DNA of 64,000 nucleotides from Bdellovibrionales bacterium (GTDB lineage Bacteria; Bdellovibrionota; Bdellovibrionia; Bdellovibrionales; UBA1609). The DNA is taken from NCBI GenBank assembly GCA_965200875.1, contig OZ241456.1, positions 1,632,001-1,696,000 of the forward strand, in the 5' to 3' direction. Below are positions 40,900 to 50,488 of this stretch, in pieces (the stretch's first letter is position 1; every line of letters starts with the position of its first letter). The position numbers were made by a program, and so were the translations under genes. The notes beneath the pieces were generated by a model that worked only from the letters and a program-made list of their open reading frames with translations, searched no databases and was not told where the DNA came from.

Positions 40900-42849
40900 T
40901 CATTCAGACAGGTAAGTGTAACTAGACAAAGCCTGAGAATAATTTTTTAACAACTTTCCAGCTTCTTCTCTGGAAAGCCTTTCACTCAAAACCGCTGACT
41001 CAGTTTTTTGATGGATTTTTTCCATCAAATCCCGTTTATGATACCCTACATACTTAAGCATGTCATATACAGAATCCCCTTCCACATGATGATCCACTGA
41101 GTAATTGCCATTTTTGCTTATAGACACATGAATGGCGTCCGTATCTCCAAACAAATTGTGCATATCCCCTAAAATTTCCTGATAAGCACCAGTCAAAAAA
41201 GTCGCCATATAGTAAGGTTCTCCTTTTTTGAGAGAATGTACCATCAAATGTTTTTCATTCTTCCACAAGTTATAATTCATAAAATGGGCGATTTTCCCGT
41301 CTGAATCACAGGTCAAATCCGCCAAACTGGCTCTTCTGGCAGGTTTTTCATTGAGGCGATGAATGGGCATAACAGGAAATAAATGGCCTAAAGCCCAGGA
41401 ATCCGGCAAACTTTGGAACACGGAAAAATTGGAAAAATAAATATCAGATAGCTCATCCGTTAAAGCCTGAAAAATTTCCTCGTAATCCTCTTTGCCTTCC
41501 GTCAAATTTTTGAGACTGCTTGCGGCCAGAGAATAAATATTTTCTGCAAGCGCGGCCTCTTTCAGATTTAATACGCCATAGATGAAAAGCTGATGAATAT
41601 CTTTCTTTTTTTCTATCAGATCATTAAAGGATTCACTGACTGGATTTTTTTTCAAACCTTTATAGATTTCGTAAAGATCTTTTATGAAAGCATGGGTCGA
41701 AGGCTCAATCTGAAACTGGCCCTGATCCGGCGTATATGCTTTGTCTGTATTTAAAAAATCCGGGGGCTGATTTTTCTCGATTAAATTGGCACCCATCACA
41801 TTAAAAACCAGTAAAGAACTGTGAGCCACCAGAAACCGGCCTGACTCAGAAATAATATTCGGATGAGGAATGTTTTTTTCATCACAAATACTTTGGAGAT
41901 GATAAATAATGTCATTTACATATTCCTGCGCGCTGTAATTGGTGGAGGAATGAGACTGTCCAGAACCATCATAGTCCACTCCTAACCCCCCTCCCACATC
42001 CATATATTCCACTTTCGCGCCAAAATTATATATCTCTGTCATAATGCGGGCAGATTCACGAATAGCGGATTTAATGGGATGAATGGAAGGCACTTGAGAG
42101 CCAATATGAAAATGCAGTAATTTTAAATTTTCGAGGGAAGAATATTCCTTCAGGATTTCAAGCCCTTGCACGATTTCACTGGCTGTGAGACCAAACTTGG
42201 ATTTAAAGCCTGAGCTTTCCATCCATTTTCCATTTCCCTGTGTGTTCAATTTGATCCTGAAGCCAATATCAGGTTTTACCTTCAAAGTTTTTGCAACTTT
42301 TAAAATAATATGTAATTCCGCAAGTCTTTCCACCACGATAAAAACCCGCATACCAGCTTTTAAAGCCAGCATGGCTGTTTGAATATACTCTGCATCTTTA
42401 AAACCGTTGCATACAATGATCCGGGCAGGTTCTTCTAAAAGAGCAAGAGCAATCAGCAATTCTGGTTTGCTTCCCACTTCCAAGCCAAATCCGTAATTGC
42501 CCCCCGATTTGATAATATCCCTGATAACATAACTTTGTTGGTTAACTTTAAGGGGAAAAACACCTTGGTACCGGCCACGATAATCGTATTCCTTAATGGT
42601 CTGATTAAAACAGGTAACAAGTTTTTTCATCTGGGAATGAATAATATCTGGGAAACGAATCAGCACTGGCAAACGAATATTTTGTCTGCCAAGATCTGTG
42701 ATAATTTTATACAGATCCAAATGAGGACCGCTTGCCCCCTGAGGAGTAATTTCAATATGGCCTTTGTCATTGAGGGTGAAAAAATCCGCTCCCCAGACAT
42801 TTACTCCGTAGGCTTTGGAGCTATCCTCTATGGTCCATTTTTGTTTCAA
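40900..42849 (-). CDS. speA: Biosynthetic arginine decarboxylase
   Basis: FPLKVNQ, EVGSKPEL, CNGFKD, HIGSQ, DLTCDSDG, GAYQEILG; TTG start after GGAGG inferred. Confidence 0.95.
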   Translation of the reverse strand: MKQKWTIEDSSKAYGVNVWGADFFTLNDKGHIEITPQGASGPHLDLYKIITDLGRQNIRLPVLIRFPDIIHSQMKKLVTCFNQTIKEYDYRGRYQGVFPLKVNQQSYVIRDIIKSGGNYGFGLEVGSKPELLIALALLEEPARIIVCNGFKDAEYIQTAMLALKAGMRVFIVVERLAELHIILKVAKTLKVKPDIGFRIKLNTQGNGKWMESSGFKSKFGLTASEIVQGLEILKEYSSLENLKLLHFHIGSQVPSIHPIKSAIRESARIMTEIYNFGAKVEYMDVGGGLGVDYDGSGQSHSSTNYSAQEYVNDIIYHLQSICDEKNIPHPNIISESGRFLVAHSSLLVFNVMGANLIEKNQPPDFLNTDKAYTPDQGQFQIEPSTHAFIKDLYEIYKGLKKNPVSESFNDLIEKKKDIHQLFIYGVLNLKEAALAENIYSLAASSLKNLTEGKEDYEEIFQALTDELSDIYFSNFSVFQSLPDSWALGHLFPVMPIHRLNEKPARRASLADLTCDSDGKIAHFMNYNLWKNEKHLMVHSLKKGEPYYMATFLTGAYQEILGDMHNLFGDTDAIHVSISKNGNYSVDHHVEGDSVYDMLKYVGYHKRDLMEKIHQKTESAVLSERLSREEAGKLLKNYSQALSSYTYLSE

Positions 42850-42968
42850 AAGAAGCCTCCCATACCTTGTCCTCCATGAAAAATTTTGTTTAATCGCCTC
42901 AAAATAACATACTTTTTCACAGGCCACTGTTTAGTGGTGTAGTATAATGAATAATAGGAAAAATCAAA

Positions 42969-43991
42969 ATGAAAAAAAACTTAAACCTATTTGGACATAC
43001 ATCTTCTGCTTATGACAAAGCAGAGCTGGTTTTATTGGCTGTTCCCTGGTCTGCCACAGCTTCCTTTGGCGGAGGAGCGGAAAAAGGGCCGGAGATGATT
43101 GCCTATGCCTCTTCACAAATGGATTTTTTCTCAAAAGAGTGGGGAGATATAAGGGATAAGAATATTTGTTTTCTCTCCTCCCCGGATTTTTTGAAAACAC
43201 TCAACCAACAAACCCGAAAGAAAGCTCTGCCGATTATTAAGTTGGAGGAGAAAGCACCGGGGGATTTTCCCAAAAAACTTCTGGAAGAGATTAATCAAGC
43301 TTGCTCCCAAATGGTCCATTGGGTGTATGAGGAGACAAAAAATATTCATTCTGCGGGTAAAAAAATTGGCCTAGTGGGGGGGGATCACTCCACTTCTGAG
43401 GGAGCCATTCGATACTTCAGTGAGATATACCAGGGAGATTTTGGGATTTTACATATTGATGCTCATGCGGATTTGCGAAAAAGCTATCAGGGATTTTCGT
43501 ACTCCCACGCCAGTGTAATGTATAATGTGATTCACCAGCCCTGCCCACCGGATTTGTTGGTTCAGGTGGGGGTTAGGGATTACTCTGAAGAGGAATACAC
43601 ACTTATACGGCAAAAGGAGACTCCTCGTTCCCGAATAACCCGCTTAAAAACTTTTTTTGATTCAGACATAAAGACCGCTCTTTTTGAAGGGAACACATGG
43701 AAATCCCTGGTGGACTCCATCATCCAACCCTTGCCTCAAAAAGTGTATATTTCCCTAGATGTGGATGGATTAAAGCCTTATCTTTTTCCCCATACGGGCA
43801 CTCCCGTACCAGGAGGTTTGAGTTTTGAGCAAACAGAGTATTTGCTTAACCGGCTGACTAAGCAAAATCGCCAAATCATAGGGTTTGACTTAGTGGAAAC
43901 CGCCCATCCTGAAGACGAAAAAATGGCTTTATGGGACGCTCAAGTCGGTGCGCGACTTTTGGTTTCCCTTTTACGAACTTTGTTTGATTAA
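42969..43991 (+). CDS. speB: Agmatinase (ureohydrolase family)
   Basis: GGDHS, DAHADLR, SHAS, SLDVDGL, GTPVPGGL; divergent from speA. Confidence 0.88.
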   Translation: MKKNLNLFGHTSSAYDKAELVLLAVPWSATASFGGGAEKGPEMIAYASSQMDFFSKEWGDIRDKNICFLSSPDFLKTLNQQTRKKALPIIKLEEKAPGDFPKKLLEEINQACSQMVHWVYEETKNIHSAGKKIGLVGGDHSTSEGAIRYFSEIYQGDFGILHIDAHADLRKSYQGFSYSHASVMYNVIHQPCPPDLLVQVGVRDYSEEEYTLIRQKETPRSRITRLKTFFDSDIKTALFEGNTWKSLVDSIIQPLPQKVYISLDVDGLKPYLFPHTGTPVPGGLSFEQTEYLLNRLTKQNRQIIGFDLVETAHPEDEKMALWDAQVGARLLVSLLRTLFD

Positions 43992-44365
43992 CGGGCATAT
44001 TTTTTGTGCATGCTCTCTCGAATTTCCGCACCTTCTATACTGAGAGAAGTCCAGGGAAGAGCCATTAAACGCTCTGATTCAATCATTTCACCGGTTTCCT
44101 CGCAGATCCCATAGCAACCCTGCTCAATACGCGCCAAAGCCATTTCCACAGCCATTAAGCGGTGATTGATTCTTTCGTTCCGATTGAGAAACTCTTTTTC
44201 TTCCATAAGTCGCACTGTTTGATCTGCTTCATCTCCTGTATGGCCCTCGGAAAACACCATATCATTTCGAGCTTCATGAACTTGATTCAGAAGATCTGTT
44301 TTTGTTTTCAACAGCTTTCGCTTACACTTTGTAATTATTTCTTTGGAAATTTCTTTTGATATCAT
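43988..44365 (-). CDS. dksA: DksA/TraR family protein
   Basis: DEADQ, ALARIEQGCYGICEETGEMI..ERL.ALP. Confidence 0.88.
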   Translation of the reverse strand: MISKEISKEIITKCKRKLLKTKTDLLNQVHEARNDMVFSEGHTGDEADQTVRLMEEKEFLNRNERINHRLMAVEMALARIEQGCYGICEETGEMIESERLMALPWTSLSIEGAEIRESMHKKYAR

Positions 44366-44599
44366 AAACCCCTCCTTGGTTAGTAGGTCTGCTTCATCCT
44401 GAAGGTATCTGATAGGTTATCTATATATAACGATACTCTGGCAAGAAAAATTTATAATTTTTTTTTACTCAAAGGAAAAAATCGGTTTTTTTTCACTATT
44501 TCTTCAGTTTTATTTTTACTCATCGCGTTATAAAAGTTTTTTTTATATAAGCCATTAAGAAAAGCTATAGTTAAACAAATCCTTAAAAAGGGGTAAATT

Positions 44600-45547
44600 T
44601 TGACTTTTTTTCATCTTTTGGTCCTGCTTTCAGGTCTATGTGCTTTGGTAACCGGTGCTGAATTACTGGTAAAAAAAGCGGAATTGTTGGGAAAACGGTT
44701 TCGCGTAAATGCTTTTTTTATGGGCGTTATTCTTCTAGGGATGGGCACTTCCGCTCCAGAGTGGGCCGTATCTGCTTTTTCTTCCATAAACGGACTTTCG
44801 GATTTGGCCGTAGCCAATATATTTGGCTCCAATATATTCAATATTTTACTGGTACTGGCCTTGATTTTGTTTCATACCCTACATAAGGAAAAAATCCAAG
44901 TCATAAAAAAAGATATTCTGTTTCTGGTTTTAAGCGGTTTCGCTCTTATTCCCATTATGTGGGATCATTTTCTTTCCCGTTATGATGCTTTTTTCCTGAG
45001 CCTGATTTTTCTGATCTACATGGTTTTTACTGGATTCTTTGCCCGTAAAGAGAAAAAACATTATATAATGGAAAATTCTCCTGAAACCTCCCCTGAACTG
45101 ATAAAAACAACATTTTTTGTCGTCTTAAGTTTTATTCTTCTTATCGGAGGTTCTCACTTAAGTGTAAAAGGAGCCACCAGCCTGGGACAAACTATAGGTA
45201 TGTCCGAAAGACTTATCGGCATACTGATTGTGTCTGTCGGCACCAGCCTGCCGGAGCTTTTTGCCTCTCTGGCAGCCATTCTGAAAAACCAAAAAGACAT
45301 GGCCATAGGAAATATTATCGGCTCCAACATATTTAACACCTTCGCAATTTTCAGCACCGCCGGGTGGATACTACCAGCTCAGCTGGATGCCAAAATGCTT
45401 AACCTAGATCTTCCGGCATTACTACTCATACATATAGCTTTATTGCCCATTATTTTTTGCTATCAGGTGAGATGGATTCAAAAATCGCTCCCTTATATTT
45501 TTCTAAGTGGGTATATTTTATACCTCATTTTTCTTCTTGAATTTTAA
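44600..45547 (+). CDS. Calcium/sodium antiporter (YrbG family)
   Basis: Duplicated alpha repeats GTSAPE/GTSLPE and GSNIFN. Confidence 0.9.
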   Translation: MTFFHLLVLLSGLCALVTGAELLVKKAELLGKRFRVNAFFMGVILLGMGTSAPEWAVSAFSSINGLSDLAVANIFGSNIFNILLVLALILFHTLHKEKIQVIKKDILFLVLSGFALIPIMWDHFLSRYDAFFLSLIFLIYMVFTGFFARKEKKHYIMENSPETSPELIKTTFFVVLSFILLIGGSHLSVKGATSLGQTIGMSERLIGILIVSVGTSLPELFASLAAILKNQKDMAIGNIIGSNIFNTFAIFSTAGWILPAQLDAKMLNLDLPALLLIHIALLPIIFCYQVRWIQKSLPYIFLSGYILYLIFLLEF

Positions 45548-46530
45548 TTCTCCCGAATTTTATCGATAGCAGATATAATGTTTTTTGTCAGGTCTTCAAA
45601 ATCTTTATAGCAAGCTTGAACGGCTTGATAATGCGCCCCTATAGCCCCGTCTCCTGGTTTTAGCAAAAACATGGGTTTAGTTTTCTCCTGCGCCATTGGC
45701 ATAAGGGAGCGATAGTCTTTCAGATGAGCCAACAGGAAAGGATCTTGCTTCAGGTTTGGATTTTCTTCGGTTTTTAAAACATATTTTCTGTAAGCCCCTG
45801 GCATTTTATCCATCCACTTTTGATAAGCTTTAACGGGTCGATCATGCCGGATAGAGTGTCTCATCATAATATAACCCACAGGAATCATCTTTCCCTCCGG
45901 TAAATCAAAACCAAGATCTTCCGGTTTTTTGCGTTTACGCTCCTGCCAATCTTTTCGCCATTCGTTTAAAACTGCTCCCACATTTTTCAAGCCCTGATAG
46001 GAAAACAAATCCGGCCCTAAAGGAAACACCACATAGTCGCTGGCAATAAGGATTGCCCGATTGATAGCCCCTAAGTTGGGACCCATATCAATAACCGCCC
46101 AATTTGCGGAAATTTTTTGTTTAGCACTATCAATTATCCGGCGAAAAGCCGTGGTGACACGAAAAGCGCGATCATTACCATCAAGACACTTTGGCCAAGT
46201 ATCTGAAAATTCCCCCTCCACACCAGAAAGCTTTAAATCCCCCGGCAACAAGCCCAATCTTTCAGCCGGTTTAAAAATCTCAGGGAGTTTAATGTCACCA
46301 GTACCTTTCATCAAAGGTTCTAAAGCTGAGTATATGCTTTGGTTTTTTTCCATAGTTTTTTCAAGCTTTTCTTCATCCATAAACATGCCTGTTAAGTTAG
46401 CTTGAGGATCCAAATCCACAGACAATACTGTATTTCCAAGCTCTTTCAACATCCAAGAGACATGATAAGCCAGAGAAGTTTTTCCCACTCCGCCTTTATT
46501 GTTAAAAAAAGTAATAGTTTTTATTGTCAC
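45544..46530 (-). CDS. Orphan ParA/MinD-family ATPase
   Basis: NNKGGVGKT, DLDPQANLT, IDMGPNLGAINR. Confidence 0.88.
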   Translation of the reverse strand: MTIKTITFFNNKGGVGKTSLAYHVSWMLKELGNTVLSVDLDPQANLTGMFMDEEKLEKTMEKNQSIYSALEPLMKGTGDIKLPEIFKPAERLGLLPGDLKLSGVEGEFSDTWPKCLDGNDRAFRVTTAFRRIIDSAKQKISANWAVIDMGPNLGAINRAILIASDYVVFPLGPDLFSYQGLKNVGAVLNEWRKDWQERKRKKPEDLGFDLPEGKMIPVGYIMMRHSIRHDRPVKAYQKWMDKMPGAYRKYVLKTEENPNLKQDPFLLAHLKDYRSLMPMAQEKTKPMFLLKPGDGAIGAHYQAVQACYKDFEDLTKNIISAIDKIREN

Positions 46531-47813
46531 TTTTGTTTATGCTCCTCCGGCGGGTTTAACCACAGCCAGCACTATTGATTCTTGAACTTTGAATTTTAAT
46601 TCAGGATTGTTATTTTCCTTTAATGCTTTTCGAGCTTGAGGGATGCCAAAACCAAAACGCTCCACAAAGCCCAAGTTTTTGAACGCCTCCGCGATGGTTG
46701 GATTTCTATAAGCAGTAATGCCTTCCTCTCCGCCAAAATTATCAACATTCAGCGCGCCATAAGGTCCGCCAGGACTTTGAATCTCTATCCGATCATTAAA
46801 CCAATGTACCCTTACAGGAGTATTGCTTTTATAATCCCTGTGGATTATAGCATTTCTGACAAGCTGGCTTAAAGCTGTTATGGGATAATCAGGGGATTCA
46901 ATATGTTGCTTCTCTGAAAGTTTAAGCGACTTCGAAATATGAGCTTTTAAGATATCCTCAATTCTTGTAATTTGCTCCGGCAAAGTTCCTGAAACTTCTT
47001 TTTGATCTTTAACAGGATCTGTCAAGGTTTTCCCTGCAAACCGAACAAACTGAATATAAGCTCCGGGAAACCAATTTCTGGGGTTATTTCCTATAATCAA
47101 AATTGCGGTCATTGTGGGAATAAATTTATGATTTACCAATCTTAAAGATTGCATTTGTTTTTCTATGTTTCGGTTATTTTTTGTTAAAACCTCTCTGGAC
47201 ACTGCAGAAGGCAAATACTGTGATTTAAAATATTCCATATTCAAGTCTGCCTGAATCTCAGCACCTGAAATTTCTATCATGTCTGCTGGCAAGTTGTAAG
47301 CCTTACGCCTTTCCATTAAGCGATTTTCCTCCTCTTCTGTGGCCATTCTTACGGAAGGTCCTATGCGGATCCAGCAACGACCTTCGTATTTTAAAGGAGG
47401 ATTTTTTGAAGGCTCCACTTCCAAAACAATAACTTCACATTGTTCAAAAACCCATTTCCGAACACCCATAACCGGAAAAGGCTGTAAATTACCGTCACTT
47501 CGGATAGATGCAATATTTCTCAACATTTCATCTGTTACGGAAAGCCCCGTACATTGCCCATTATCTTCCAAGCCTATAAACATTGTTCCCACTTGCCCCG
47601 TGTTGGCTATATCATTAGAAAAAGCGCAGATAGCTTTAGCTATTTTTTTCTTATCTGATGGAGATGAACATCTTTCAACATACTCACTCTCCGCATACTG
47701 AATACGCTTTTTCAGTTCTTGTTCTGATAATTGTTTATGGTTCATTATTATTGCCCATATATAAATTTGGAAATAATATTTTTTGTCAGGTCTTCAAAAT
47801 CTTTATAGCAAGC
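45575..47813. repeat. 41-bp direct repeats (45575-45615, 47773-47813) bracketing the AlbA-ParA pair
   Basis: ATAAT(G/A)TTTTTTGTCAGGTCTTCAAAATCTTTATAGCAAGC, one mismatch. Confidence 0.9.
46537..47745 (-). CDS. AlbA_2/Schlafen-like domain plus RecG-C-like (HATPase_c_4) domain protein
   Basis: ESEYVER, AICAFSND, FIGLEDNG; NAIIHRDY, IEIQSPGG, YRNPTIA, VERFGFGI. Confidence 0.8.
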   Translation of the reverse strand: MNHKQLSEQELKKRIQYAESEYVERCSSPSDKKKIAKAICAFSNDIANTGQVGTMFIGLEDNGQCTGLSVTDEMLRNIASIRSDGNLQPFPVMGVRKWVFEQCEVIVLEVEPSKNPPLKYEGRCWIRIGPSVRMATEEEENRLMERRKAYNLPADMIEISGAEIQADLNMEYFKSQYLPSAVSREVLTKNNRNIEKQMQSLRLVNHKFIPTMTAILIIGNNPRNWFPGAYIQFVRFAGKTLTDPVKDQKEVSGTLPEQITRIEDILKAHISKSLKLSEKQHIESPDYPITALSQLVRNAIIHRDYKSNTPVRVHWFNDRIEIQSPGGPYGALNVDNFGGEEGITAYRNPTIAEAFKNLGFVERFGFGIPQARKALKENNNPELKFKVQESIVLAVVKPAGGA

Positions 47814-47822
47814 CGGTAAAAT

Positions 47823-48659
47823 TTATGTATGACATTTACGATGAATATATTCCCCCAAAAAGGGTGACACAATAAAACCTCTTAAGATACTTAATAATAA
47901 ACCTGCTGATACCAAAATATCCTTTTGGTACTTGTTGACTTTCACCTGGTGAACAGTTGCCATTTTAAACTTCGCCCCTGCCAATTTTGTCTCGCGCAAA
48001 TCCACATTGCGTAACTTCGCACCGGTAAAATCCGCCCCTCGCAAATCCGCCTCAGTCAATCTTACATTGGTTAACTTTGCCCTTCTCAAATCCGCATTAC
48101 GCAAATGCACACAGTGCAAACTTGCACCGGTAAAATCCACCTCTCGCAAATCCGCCGATTTCACATTCGCAAGAAAAAACCTTGTCTTGGCTAAATTCGC
48201 ACCTTGCATATTCGCATATTGCAAATTCACCCAAGTAAAATCAACATTTTTGGCTATCGCTTTATAAAAATCCGCGCTTTGCAAATGCGCCTCTTGTAAT
48301 AATGCACCAGTCAAATTCGCATTGCGAAACTTTGCCCCACGCGACTTCGCCATAAACAACTTCGCACCAGTCAAATTCGCCCCGGTAAAATCCGCTCCGC
48401 GCAAAAGTGCCTCACCCAAATCCGCTTTAGTCAAATCTGCCTCGACCAAATTCGCACCAACCAAATTCGCTTCCTGCAAATTCATATTACTCAAATTCGC
48501 CCCTCGCAAATCACATCGATGCAAGCCTGGTTTATTTATATAGTCTTTATAATTCTTAAAATTACATTGCGAGGCTTTGATCATGGAAGATTCCTTTTTT
48601 GGCCTAGTAACGCAAGAACCCAAGCTTAAAAACAGTAAAACAAATAATAGAGTTTTCAT
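47823..48659 (-). CDS. Pentapeptide-repeat lipoprotein
   Basis: Lipobox LGSC, CNFKNYKDYI...HRCDL cap, long pentapeptide array. Confidence 0.88.
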   Translation of the reverse strand: MKTLLFVLLFLSLGSCVTRPKKESSMIKASQCNFKNYKDYINKPGLHRCDLRGANLSNMNLQEANLVGANLVEADLTKADLGEALLRGADFTGANLTGAKLFMAKSRGAKFRNANLTGALLQEAHLQSADFYKAIAKNVDFTWVNLQYANMQGANLAKTRFFLANVKSADLREVDFTGASLHCVHLRNADLRRAKLTNVRLTEADLRGADFTGAKLRNVDLRETKLAGAKFKMATVHQVKVNKYQKDILVSAGLLLSILRGFIVSPFLGEYIHRKCHT

Positions 48660-48725
48660 AAATTCCTTCTTTTGTTATATTCCCTTGTGATAAAATTTTT
48701 AACACATTATTATCACTGGATTTTT

Positions 48726-49223
48726 TTATAACAAACTGCGCGCCGTTTTGCCATCAATTAAAATATCTTTCACCAAAGCACGACCTTTTTTCGTAACAGA
48801 AAGAACCACTTGTTTTTCTTTCGCTGACATAAAAAGCTTTTCCAGTTTTTTTGATTGGTTCTCTGGTATGTAGTAACGATTCACATTTGCCTGAAACTCC
48901 CCTTTAGACTTGCAGTGGCCTTTTATAAAAATAGAGCAGTTTTCCGGCGGACGGAAAAGAGTAATTTTTTTTTCTGGCTCAACACATATATAAGCGACTG
49001 AAAGAGATTTTTTTTGGCTTTCAACAGCTGGACATTTTAAACCATAATTCACTTTATATAGAAGATAGTGACCAGCAATCAAATCCCGGGGATCATGTCC
49101 TTCCACGGGAAGGATAACAGTCTTGCTGGTTCTGAGATAATATTCATTCATCCCTGCCATCCCCATTAAAAAAACTAGAGGGAACACAAAAGCGAATAAA
49201 GCTCTCTTGTGATTTAAAAACAT
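48726..49223 (-). CDS. GDYXXLXY-domain membrane-anchored protein
   Basis: DPRDLIAGHYLLY and RYYIPE motifs. Confidence 0.8.
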   Translation of the reverse strand: MFLNHKRALFAFVFPLVFLMGMAGMNEYYLRTSKTVILPVEGHDPRDLIAGHYLLYKVNYGLKCPAVESQKKSLSVAYICVEPEKKITLFRPPENCSIFIKGHCKSKGEFQANVNRYYIPENQSKKLEKLFMSAKEKQVVLSVTKKGRALVKDILIDGKTARSLL

Positions 49224-49294
49224 GTTCTTCCCTTTTTTCCAACAAATTCAACCACATCCAACAAACAATCACATAAATAACATGTTTATTCCAG

Positions 49295-50437
49295 CTATTC
49301 CAGCTGTTCCAGCCAGTGTGTAATTTTTTCTTTGTTTTTTTTCATTAACTGAATCATAGCAACAATAACAATACTCATCAAAACAAGAATAAGACCCGTC
49401 AAGGTCAAGCTTTTAAAAAGGCTTATGTAAAAAAACAAAATGCGAACAATCAGAGCAAAAACAAAAAACATAAACAAATTTATTTTTCGGAGAGTGGCAA
49501 AGAAACATGCAGAAAGTGCCAACATTAAAGAGCTGAAAATCATTAAAACCAAACTGTTTAATTTTACGGAAAAAGCGACAAAATAGAACAGAAAAAACAA
49601 AAACAGAATACAGCTTAAAAGATATTTTTGAATCTTTTTATAGCCACTGATAAAAACAGTCGCAAGGGTTATCAAGCCCAACAGGCACACCAGAAAAAAC
49701 TCAAAGGCAAAAACTTCCATCTGATTAAGAGGCGCATGAAAGAAAGTAAGGCTGATAAATCCAGTAAGAAGTGTCCATTCCTCCAATGTTCTCCTTTTAA
49801 ACACAAGTGCCGGAAAAGTTTTTATCACTTGCCGATTATGAAAAAGCATGGAGCATAAAAGAAAGAACAAAGGATGCAACAAAGCCACCTTAAAAGGCAG
49901 GTTTTTATCCCAATTATCAAAAATATCAATCATCCAGCCTATACAAGCCATATACAAACCCGCAAGCCATATATACATGGTCAAGCTCTCCCGGGAAAGT
50001 GCCATTAAACCGCAAGTGATAAAAGACCAGAAAAACAAAGCCTGATAGGATTCCCCTTTGATATTATAAATCTGTGATATCAAGCCAATTCCCGCCATAC
50101 ATACAATCATAAAAAAAATTAAAAGTGGTTCGAACCACATACGGGTCGCGGTCTTTGATTGTTGAACCTTAATCCTTAATGCGAAAAACCCCACTGAACC
50201 GAGAATAAGAAAATAACCGGTTAACTTAAAAAAAACTGGAATGGCGCGCCAGTTCGCAGCTATCAAGGCGATGATTCCCAAACCTGCCGAAAAAACAGCC
50301 ACAATAAGAAAACCATATACAATCCAAGAAGAGCCAGCGGACTTTGAAGTTTTTTCATAATCTAAAATGGCCTCACCTTGAGTTTGAGTAATCAAACCTT
50401 CAGAAAGCCATTTTTTTACTTTATTTTTTAAAAGCAT
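49295..50437 (-). CDS. DUF2157-domain membrane protein
   Basis: WLSEGLITQTQ, IAANW, IGLISQIYN; usual partner of GDYXXLXY proteins. Confidence 0.8.
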   Translation of the reverse strand: MLLKNKVKKWLSEGLITQTQGEAILDYEKTSKSAGSSWIVYGFLIVAVFSAGLGIIALIAANWRAIPVFFKLTGYFLILGSVGFFALRIKVQQSKTATRMWFEPLLIFFMIVCMAGIGLISQIYNIKGESYQALFFWSFITCGLMALSRESLTMYIWLAGLYMACIGWMIDIFDNWDKNLPFKVALLHPLFFLLCSMLFHNRQVIKTFPALVFKRRTLEEWTLLTGFISLTFFHAPLNQMEVFAFEFFLVCLLGLITLATVFISGYKKIQKYLLSCILFLFFLFYFVAFSVKLNSLVLMIFSSLMLALSACFFATLRKINLFMFFVFALIVRILFFYISLFKSLTLTGLILVLMSIVIVAMIQLMKKNKEKITHWLEQLE

Positions 50438-50488
50438 TTTTATACTTATTCAGTTAATTGAAATTGTCTTCCAAGGTTTCGCAAGCAA

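Noticed and set aside
45544..46530. Chromosome partition parA
   Set aside because: No parB or origin-region genes; longer orphan type coupled to an AlbA-domain gene
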